Part shown: piece after piece, positions 8,863 through 15,626 of the stretch | How the letters are laid out: each line of letters starts with the position of its first letter | Position numbering within the stretch: position 1 is the first letter of the stretch | Assembly: GCA_035250485.1 (NCBI GenBank) | Contig: DATFFB010000041.1 | Span: 3,047 to 67,046 of the forward strand | DNA length: 64,000 nucleotides | Direction: 5' to 3' | Source of the DNA: Acidimicrobiia bacterium | Lineage (GTDB): Bacteria > Actinomycetota > Acidimicrobiia > Spongiisociales > ZC4RG35 | Notes under the pieces: model-generated | Databases searched by the model: none | Told to the model about the DNA's origin: nothing | What the model saw: only the letters and a program-made list of their open reading frames with translations | Program-made: the position numbers and the translations under genes

Positions 8863-10302
8863 CTATTGCTTTAGGGCTTCGGTGACCTCGCTCCAAGCTT
8901 CGAGATCGCCGGTATCGGTGAGGCCGACCGGCGACACGAAGATGGCACCCACTCCGCGGCTCGCCAGCTCCCGATAGCGCTGGATGTGGCGAACGGGCAT
9001 CCCGGCGTGATGGCGTTCGGCAAAAACCTCCGCCCGCGTCCGGCCTCGCCACTGCTCGACCTTCGACGCGACCGCTGACCGATCGCTCGCCATCAGAGGG
9101 AAATCGAGGATCGAAAGTTGAAAGCCGGATCGATCATCCAACCTCCGCCTCACCGCCGGCAGCGCTTCATCGAGGCGCCCCGCTCCCACGACGTTGAGAC
9201 CATCCGCCAGCCGGCTAGCCAGGGACACCGTCCCCTTGCCCTTCCCCCCCACGTAGATCGGGATGGAATGGAGAGGGCGCGGGTAGCAAACCGCCTCGTG
9301 AACGGAGTGAATCTTTCCGGTAAATGTGGCCTTGCCAGGTGCCCACATCAGACGAAGGATTTGGATCGTGTCCTCCAGGCTCTCGAGACGTCTCCTCATC
9401 TCGAGCGCCTCGTAGCCGTACGCGACCTGTTCCGCCTCGAACCAGCCCGCTCCGAGACCACAAAACGCACGTCCTCCGCTCAAAGCATCGAGGCTGGCCA
9501 GCATTTTTGCCAGGAGGGCGGGGTTGCGGAGGGTTACGCCGGTCACCAACGTTCCCAGCTGCAAGCTCGAGGTCGAGGCTGCCATGAAAGCGAGGCCGGT
9601 ATATGCCTCGACGATGTTGTCCCATTCCCTTCCCACCTGAGGGATTTGCACGAGATGATCCATCAACGCCAATCCCCGGAACCCCACCGTCTGAGCAGTG
9701 GCGGCTATCTGCGCCAACCAGGGACCGAGTAGCTCCCTGTCGGGGAAGCGGGAAATCTGGAGGTACAGATCGAGGCCGGTCCGGGGGGACGGTTCCTCGG
9801 CGGGTGCCGGGACGGCGGTCGATGCTCGGTCGCCCCCGTCCTCCACGCGGACGATCAAGTCCCACCCTTCTTCTTCGAGTTGAGCGCGGACGTCGCGCAG
9901 GCGGCGGAATTGCCCGGTCAGGACGGCCGCAGGCACCGGGCGAGGTCGGTTGCGGTTGCGGGCTCGGCAGAGACCTTCCGGAGTCTCGAAGATCACCGCT
10001 ACTGCCGGCAGCCCGGCCTTGTTCGCATGAGCGCGCTGCGTTTGCCGGCGAGCAGAATCGAAGCCGAGGGTGTCGACTACCGTCGTCAGCCGCCGGCCGA
10101 CCCGAGAGTCGACGATGCGGTCGAGGATGTCGAAGGCAACCTCGCTGGCATCGAGATCATGCTCACCACTTCCCACCAGTGCCCGCAGTCGATCGGAAGA
10201 GACGATCTCTTCGGGTCGATATCGCTGCTCCGACCAGTAGGTCTTCCCCGATCCAGACGCACCAACGAGAACGACGAGAGCGGGATCTGGGATTTCATCC
10301 AT
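8863..10302 (-). CDS. fusion protein: N-terminal P-loop kinase (AAA_33/polynucleotide-kinase-like) + C-terminal LLM-class F420/flavin-dependent oxidoreductase
   Basis: Walker A VVLVGASGSGKT and Walker B-like TTVVDT lie in the first ~150 aa. The remainder is TIM-barrel LLM-like (LGTLVTGVTLRNPALLAKMLASLDALSGGRAFCGLGAGW). Confidence 0.75.
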   Translation of the reverse strand: MDEIPDPALVVLVGASGSGKTYWSEQRYRPEEIVSSDRLRALVGSGEHDLDASEVAFDILDRIVDSRVGRRLTTVVDTLGFDSARRQTQRAHANKAGLPAVAVIFETPEGLCRARNRNRPRPVPAAVLTGQFRRLRDVRAQLEEEGWDLIVRVEDGGDRASTAVPAPAEEPSPRTGLDLYLQISRFPDRELLGPWLAQIAATAQTVGFRGLALMDHLVQIPQVGREWDNIVEAYTGLAFMAASTSSLQLGTLVTGVTLRNPALLAKMLASLDALSGGRAFCGLGAGWFEAEQVAYGYEALEMRRRLESLEDTIQILRLMWAPGKATFTGKIHSVHEAVCYPRPLHSIPIYVGGKGKGTVSLASRLADGLNVVGAGRLDEALPAVRRRLDDRSGFQLSILDFPLMASDRSAVASKVEQWRGRTRAEVFAERHHAGMPVRHIQRYRELASRGVGAIFVSPVGLTDTGDLEAWSEVTEALKQ

Positions 10303-10312
10303 GCAGCCGGGC

Positions 10313-11281
10313 TCAATCTCGGCCGTAGGACCAGGCCGACCAATACGCCTTGAGCCGGCCGGTGAACTGCTTTGCTCCTTCGGCGTAGATGCGGCCTCCC
10401 ATTACTCGGGCGGCGCCCTCGAGCTCGCGCCGGCGTTGATGAGATAAGGCGACCAGGAGATTGCGCTCGTCGGGATCGGGAGCGAGCTCGGGGAGCGCCG
10501 CCACCAAGGCGATCAACTCGCTTTGATCGTGGTCGTCGCCGAGGACGTCGCCAAGACGCTCGAGCGATGCCGCCAGACCGCCGATCACCTCCGGCCACAG
10601 TGGATCGAGTACCTCCATCTGATGCCGGAGGTATTTGACCTGCTTGCGCCAGTCGTGGAACTGTTCCGGCGCTCGAGTGCGATAGGCGAGTTCCATCGCC
10701 TTGCGCCCCCGGTCATAGGTGCGACCGACCCCTCGCCCGATCGATCGAAAGGAGTTGGGGATGATGCGGGCGCCGTAGCGCGGATCGGATGGATCAGTGG
10801 GCCAGGCCGCATAGCGGGAGCGGGCGCGGTAGATGATTGCCGTCACCTGCCGGAGCACCTCCGGATCGTCAAGGATGCGGTTCATCATCCGGGCGTGGCG
10901 GTCATGGAGCCGATCCTCGATTCCCCCGAAGATCCCCGGAGCCAGCAAGTGGCTGTAACGGCCCCGCAATCGGGTCACCGCGTCCAATAGCACCTTGCCG
11001 TTCCGAACCGGCGCCACCAGCCGGGAGGCCTGGGCCAGGGCGCCGTTCTCGGCTCGATACACCTTGTCGCCAATAACCGGGCGGACCATACGCAATAGCG
11101 CTCGCACCCGTTTGTTCGACTTCCGCAGTTCATGGATGGCCAGGTTGAGATCGCGGCCCGAGGAGAGGGAATCGAGCGATGCTTCGAACTGCTCCAGGCA
11201 GACCCGACGGAGGCCGCCGGAAAGGTCCTCGCCGGGAAGCAAATGGAAGTCGGGCGCTGGCAAGGCCGGCAAGTGTGGCAC
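10313..11281 (-). CDS. CHAD domain-containing protein
   Basis: 322 aa. Helical, basic/His-rich CHAD signatures (HELRKSNKRVRALLRMVRP; HDWRKQVKYLRHQMEVL). GTG start. Confidence 0.75.
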   Translation of the reverse strand: MPHLPALPAPDFHLLPGEDLSGGLRRVCLEQFEASLDSLSSGRDLNLAIHELRKSNKRVRALLRMVRPVIGDKVYRAENGALAQASRLVAPVRNGKVLLDAVTRLRGRYSHLLAPGIFGGIEDRLHDRHARMMNRILDDPEVLRQVTAIIYRARSRYAAWPTDPSDPRYGARIIPNSFRSIGRGVGRTYDRGRKAMELAYRTRAPEQFHDWRKQVKYLRHQMEVLDPLWPEVIGGLAASLERLGDVLGDDHDQSELIALVAALPELAPDPDERNLLVALSHQRRRELEGAARVMGGRIYAEGAKQFTGRLKAYWSAWSYGRD

Positions 11282-11287
11282 TGAAAA

Positions 11288-12478
11288 TCAGGCTAACGAC
11301 AGGGATGCCAGCCGCCGCTCGAGAAACCGGCGATCGGCATCGTTCATGTTCATCGCCAGAGCGGAGCGATACGCGGCCGCGGCCTCGGCCTCGCGGCCGA
11401 GCTGACGGAGAAAGTCGGCTCGGGTCGACCAGTACAGGTGCCAGCTGTCAACCCCGGAGATCCCTTCCAGCAACTCCAGGCCCGCCTCAGGACCGAATAC
11501 CTTTGACTCGGCTACCGCTCGATTGACGCGGATCACGGGACCGTCGTTGAAGGACTCGAGGAACCGATAAAGATCGGAAATCTGCCGCCAATCGGTTTCG
11601 GCATCCGACCGGGCTTGGCCGTGCAGGCAGGCGATGGCCCCCTGGATTTGATAGGGCCCCACCCGGCGACGGCGCAGAGCCTTCTCAATCAGGAGCGAAG
11701 CCTCGTTGATCGCTTTCACATCCCACCGCGACCGGTCCTGATCGGCAAGGAGCACGATGTCCCCGTGTTCGTCGAGCCTGGCGCGGTGACGGGCGGTGGT
11801 GGCGAGCATGAGGGCCAGGAGTCCCAGAGCCTCGGGTTCATCGGGCATCAATCCCACTAGCAATCGACCGAGACGAATTGCCTCTGCGGCCAAATCGAAG
11901 CGTGAGTCGAGAGGGCCCTCGAATGCATGATGGCCCGTGGTGAATATGAGATAGATGACCGCCAGAACGCCGGCCAGGCGATCCGGTAGTTCATGGGGCG
12001 ATGGCACCCGGTAGGGAATGCGCGCCAAAGCAACCTTCTTCTTGGCCCGGCTGATTCTTTGACCGACCGTGGCCTCGGGGACGAGAAAGAGTCCGGCGAT
12101 CTCCGAGGTCGTGAGTCCTCCGACCAACCGCAGCGTCAGGCCAATCCGCGCCTCCATCGATAAGGCCGGGTGGGCGCAGGTGAAAATCAGTCGAAGGCTG
12201 TCGTCTTCTTCCATCTCAAGTGGCCGCTCGTAATGCGCTTCGATCTCCTTGTCCCTCCGACGAGCGTCTCGCCGAATCCTGTCGAGGGCCTTGTTGCGAG
12301 CAACGGCTGTCAGCCAGGCGGCTGGATTAGCAGGAAGGCGGTCGGTGGCCCAGCGCTCCAGGGCAACGATCGTTGCGTCCTGGAGGGCGTCTTCGGCCAA
12401 ACCGATGTCTCCCGTGAAGCGGATGAGGGTGGCCAGAACCCGACCACCCTCGATCCGAATCGTTTCCCCAATCGTCAT
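11288..12478 (-). CDS. ECF sigma factor with a long C-terminal TPR-like extension (ECF42-like)
   Basis: 396 aa. Sigma regions 2 and 4 occupy the first ~170 aa, followed by an extension of about 220 aa. A DGPF/YciI-like gene sits immediately upstream, which is the signature context of this group. Confidence 0.8.
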   Translation of the reverse strand: MTIGETIRIEGGRVLATLIRFTGDIGLAEDALQDATIVALERWATDRLPANPAAWLTAVARNKALDRIRRDARRRDKEIEAHYERPLEMEEDDSLRLIFTCAHPALSMEARIGLTLRLVGGLTTSEIAGLFLVPEATVGQRISRAKKKVALARIPYRVPSPHELPDRLAGVLAVIYLIFTTGHHAFEGPLDSRFDLAAEAIRLGRLLVGLMPDEPEALGLLALMLATTARHRARLDEHGDIVLLADQDRSRWDVKAINEASLLIEKALRRRRVGPYQIQGAIACLHGQARSDAETDWRQISDLYRFLESFNDGPVIRVNRAVAESKVFGPEAGLELLEGISGVDSWHLYWSTRADFLRQLGREAEAAAAYRSALAMNMNDADRRFLERRLASLSLA

Positions 12479-12487
12479 CGACTCAGG

Positions 12488-12853
12488 TCATTGTGCCTGC
12501 GAGAAGTCAACGCAGGGCCTGACCTCCACCCTTCCCCTCCACGCGCCCGGTATCTGAGCGGCCCATCCGAGGGCCTCGTCGAGGTCGGCGCACTTGAGGA
12601 GGTAGAAGCCGCCGAGGGCTTCTTTGGTCTCGGCAAAGGGGCCGTCGGTGTGAACTGCCTCGCCACCTTTGCCACCCTTGACATGGACCGTTGTGGCTGT
12701 CGTGGTCTCCTCGAGCGCCTCACCGCCCTGGATTACGCCTGCGGCTCCGGCCTTGGCCGAGAACTCGTTGTACTCCGCCATCACCTTTGACCACTCTTCG
12801 GGCGACGCCTCGCCTCCCTCTTCGGAGTAGATGAGTGCTGCATAGAGAGGCAT
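12488..12853 (-). CDS. YciI-like / DGPF domain protein
   Basis: 121 aa containing the DGPFAETKE motif. Confidence 0.8.
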   Translation of the reverse strand: MPLYAALIYSEEGGEASPEEWSKVMAEYNEFSAKAGAAGVIQGGEALEETTTATTVHVKGGKGGEAVHTDGPFAETKEALGGFYLLKCADLDEALGWAAQIPGAWRGRVEVRPCVDFSQAQ

Positions 12854-12893
12854 CCTTTCTCCTTTCCTTCGTCTGGATACCGCCTTACGACGA

Positions 12894-13412
12894 ATGGGCC
12901 GAGGCCGATTTCGACACCTTCCGCCGATGCTACGGGCCGGAGATAGGGTGTTCCCGATGCGGATGAGCGCCGGCCTTCTCCCCTACCGCTTCCGCCAGCT
13001 TCTGGAGGTGCTCATCGCCCATCCCGGCGGACCTTTCTTCGCTCGCAAAGACCTGGGGGCTTGGAGCGTTGTGAAGGGCGAGATCGGACCGGACGAGGAT
13101 CCCCGCTCCGCGGCGCTGCGCGAGTTCCGGGAAGAGACAGGTTGGCAGGCGCCGACCGAGAACTGGATGGAACTCGGATCGGTCCGGATGCGATCGGGAA
13201 AGAACGTCACGGCTTGGGCTGTGGCGGCCGACTTCGATCCCGCCGCCCTCGACCCCGGCACCTTTCGAATGATGTGGCGAGGTCGAGTTCAGGAGTTCCC
13301 CGAGATCGACCGGGTCAGTTGGTGCGTGCCCGAGGACGCCCGCCGGCTCTTGAACCCGGCTCAGATCCCCTTCCTCGACCGCCTGGAGTCAAGGGTGGCC
13401 GTCCCCGGATAG
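12894..13412 (+). CDS. NUDIX hydrolase (COG4112-like)
   Basis: Nudix box GEIGPDEDPRSAALREFREETG. The real start may be the internal ATG near 12957 (MRMSAGLLPYR). Confidence 0.75.
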   Translation: MGRGRFRHLPPMLRAGDRVFPMRMSAGLLPYRFRQLLEVLIAHPGGPFFARKDLGAWSVVKGEIGPDEDPRSAALREFREETGWQAPTENWMELGSVRMRSGKNVTAWAVAADFDPAALDPGTFRMMWRGRVQEFPEIDRVSWCVPEDARRLLNPAQIPFLDRLESRVAVPG

Positions 13413-13421
13413 AGCTTGGCT

Positions 13422-13440
13422 CTGCACGGATTTTTTCGTG
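13422..13440. repeat. degenerate copy of the CTGCGCGGATTTT repeat core (ctgcacggattttttcgtg)
   Basis: Lies in the 43-bp gap between convergent genes. Compare 31841-31859 (ctgcgcggatttttcgtt). Confidence 0.45.
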
Positions 13441-13455
13441 TCAGGCACGCATAGA

Positions 13456-14058
13456 TCATGTGCCGTCGGCCAGGCCGACGGTGGTATCGCCCAGCACCTC
13501 CTGATGGCCGATCCCGAGGGTCTTGATCCACCGTTGCTGTCCGCTGGTCAGGGCGATGAAGAAGCCCAGTTCGACCAGCTCGGGCTCGGTGAAATGGCGA
13601 TGGAGATCGGCCCAGAGCTTGTCGTCAGCAATGTCGGCATCCCAAAGGATGGCGCTGGTGTAGCGGAGGGCGGTTTTCTCCCGCTCGTCAAATCGATCGG
13701 AGTCCTCGAATTGAAGGAGCTCGTCGTAATGAGCTTCGGTTAGTCCTTGCCGTCCAGCCTGGACGGACCGTTGAACTCCTCAATACTCACACTTGATCGA
13801 CTTGGAGACGTAGACCCGACAAAGCTCCTTGATCTGATGATCCAAGACGCCGTCCAAGAACGTGGTGCGCCACGCATTGGTGAAGGCATGGAGGACGGCG
13901 GGCACGTGAGAGCGGATGGCCTGGCTCTCGGGCCGGGGGGTGGAATGTGTGCGACCGTATTCGACTATTTCTCGATCGCCAGGATCGAGCGAGGCAAGGT
14001 CGGGATAGGAGATTCGGGGCATCAGCTCCTCCTGTGCTGGCGGTGCAAGTGCATCCAA
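13456..14058 (-). CDS. AhpD/carboxymuconolactone decarboxylase family protein with in-frame UGA (candidate selenocysteine, CEYU motif)
   Basis: The track ORF 13780..14058 ends ...SKSIKCEY at TGA (13780-13782). The same frame continues for 107 codons of CMD-like sequence (LTEAHYDELLQFEDSDRFDEREKTALRYTSAIL...ELGFFIALTSGQQRWIKTLGI) to the TGA at 13456. The UGA falls at the second Cys of the family's CxxC motif. Confidence 0.7.
13749..13768 (-). promoter_or_regulatory. candidate SECIS hairpin downstream of the UGA in the AhpD-like gene
   Basis: The mRNA reads G-U(bulge)-CCGUCC-AGGCU-GGACGG-C. The stem starts about 13 nt after the UGA. The bulged U and G-containing apical loop resemble the E. coli fdhF SECIS as I recall it. 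Confidence 0.45.
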
Positions 14059-14064
14059 TCAGTT

Positions 14065-14583
14065 CTAGCGAAATCCGGCGGCGAAGGACGGAGGAGCGAC
14101 CATGGCCGTTTCGATCGTGGTGGTAACGAGGCCGTCTTCGGTCTTGCTGATGTTCTCGAAGCGAGCCAGCAAACGGGCGATCCCAACGTTCTCCGGGAGA
14201 GACACGAAGATCAACCGCTTGATGCCGGCTTCCCGGGCAAGCCCGGCGAGGTGCTGAATCAGGATCTCGCCGATTCCCCGTCCCTGCCAGTCGTCTAGCA
14301 CGGTGATGGCGACTTCTCCTTCATCGTCGTCAAGCCGGACCAGACGCCCGATAGCGACCGGTTCGCCATTGGAGAGCACGCCCCAGGCATGATGGTCCCG
14401 CTGATCCACCTCGGTGAGATAGGCGAGCTGCGCCCGGGTCAGGTGCTCGGTCGCAACCAAGAATCGCTGCCGACGGGAGCGGTCGGACAACCGAGCCATA
14501 CCAGCCACGAGCAACGGCTTGTCTTCAGGACGTACCGGCCGGAGGACGATGTCGGTTCCGTCGGCGAGTTGGACATTGATCAT
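14065..14583 (-). CDS. GNAT family N-acetyltransferase
   Basis: 172 aa. Acetyl-CoA motif region QGRGIGEILIQHLAGLAREAG. Confidence 0.8.
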   Translation of the reverse strand: MINVQLADGTDIVLRPVRPEDKPLLVAGMARLSDRSRRQRFLVATEHLTRAQLAYLTEVDQRDHHAWGVLSNGEPVAIGRLVRLDDDEGEVAITVLDDWQGRGIGEILIQHLAGLAREAGIKRLIFVSLPENVGIARLLARFENISKTEDGLVTTTIETAMVAPPSFAAGFR

Positions 14584-14596
14584 TTACTTTCCTCAT

Positions 14597-14618
14597 TATG
14601 CTTGCAATTGCAAGCATA
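14597..14618. promoter_or_regulatory. perfect 22-bp palindrome TATGCTTGCAATTGCAAGCATA in the divergent GNAT/methyltransferase intergenic region
   Basis: Read directly. It is AT-rich relative to its surroundings, sits 14 nt upstream of the GNAT start (just 5' of its RBS) and 56 nt upstream of the methyltransferase start. Confidence 0.6.
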
Positions 14619-14673
14619 GGCCCGACCGGTTCTATTCCCGATGCGCCGCGATCGGCCCCGGTAGCGTGAATGG

Positions 14674-15585
14674 GTGCCTCGCCGCCCCACTTCCACCTCG
14701 TCTTTTGGCTCGGGCCGACGTGAGAGCCACGATTCGAGCAGCTTCTATCAGCGCTTCCCCCTCCCCACGATCTCCTACGACGACGAGATCAGCCCGGCGG
14801 CGGCAATCGACCGCCTCTTTGTTGGGGACGCTCGCCTGATGAGCGCCGAGCAGGTCGCCGACCGGTCGGTGGCGCTGGTGGTTACCTCGCCCCCCTATTT
14901 CACCGGCAAGGAATATGAGGAAGTCATCTCCGCTGGGGAGGAGCCTTTTGCCTACGGTCAATACCTCGACATGCTGAGAGGCGTCCTCTCCGTATGCACC
15001 CAGAAGCTCGAGCCGGGAGGCAGGCTGGCCATCAACGTCGCCAACCTGGGTAGGCGACCATATCGATCGCTTGCCGCCGACGTCACCACCATCCTCCAAG
15101 ATGACCTCGGCCTGCTCTTGCGGGGCGAGATTGTTTGGCGCAAAGCGAGAGGCCAGAGCGGCTCCTGTGCCTGGGGAAGCTATCGCAGCCCCGCCAACCC
15201 GGTGCTAAGGGACCTCACCGAGCGGGTGGTGGTCGCCAGCAAAGGGCGATTTGATCGGGCCATCAGCCGCGGCGAGAGACAGCGACGCGGATTACCGCAC
15301 CTCGCCACCATCTCCGCCGAGGAATTCATGTTGGCCACCCTCGACCTGTGGGAGATCCCATCCGCCAGCGCCAGCCGGGTCGGCCATCCCGCCCCATTTC
15401 CCGTCGACTTGCCGCGGAGATTGATCGAGCTCTTCACCTATGCCGGCGACCTGGTGTTGGACCCCTTCATCGGCTCCGGAACCACGGCGGTGGCTGCCCA
15501 ACAGAGCGGCCGTCACTACGTCGGATTCGACATCGAGCCGGCCTACATCGAGCTCGCCCAGCACCGTCTCTCTGTTCCGGCGTAG
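14674..15585 (+). CDS. beta-class DNA methyltransferase (N4-cytosine or N6-adenine), apparently orphan
   Basis: Motif IV SPPY (VVTSPPYF) precedes motif I (LDPFIGSGTTAVAA), which is the beta-class order. No restriction endonuclease candidate is adjacent. Confidence 0.8.
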   Translation: MPRRPTSTSSFGSGRRESHDSSSFYQRFPLPTISYDDEISPAAAIDRLFVGDARLMSAEQVADRSVALVVTSPPYFTGKEYEEVISAGEEPFAYGQYLDMLRGVLSVCTQKLEPGGRLAINVANLGRRPYRSLAADVTTILQDDLGLLLRGEIVWRKARGQSGSCAWGSYRSPANPVLRDLTERVVVASKGRFDRAISRGERQRRGLPHLATISAEEFMLATLDLWEIPSASASRVGHPAPFPVDLPRRLIELFTYAGDLVLDPFIGSGTTAVAAQQSGRHYVGFDIEPAYIELAQHRLSVPA

Positions 15586-15615
15586 ATCAGGCGCGATTTT
15601 GCCGTGCCGGATCTA
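15583..15615. terminator. 13-bp-stem hairpin between the convergent methyltransferase and lon genes
   Basis: tagatcaggcgcg (15583-95) pairs with cgtgccggatcta (15603-15), with one mismatch and one G-U pair; 7-nt loop. No U-tract. Confidence 0.4.
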
Positions 15616-15626
15616 CGCCAGGTTGG

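Noticed and set aside
11282-12490. In-frame TGA stops linking the DGPF, sigma and CHAD genes (all three share one reading frame); considered as further Sec sites
   Set aside because: The stops fall at natural protein ends. Each is followed by its own start codon 2-3 codons later, with no Cys-equivalent context and no homologous sequence bridging the stop. The shared frame is most simply coincidence.
13438-13743. 101-aa plus-strand ORF
   Set aside because: It lies antisense to the conserved C-terminal half of the AhpD/CMD-like gene, and its sequence is not protein-like. The minus-strand UGA read-through interpretation explains the region better.
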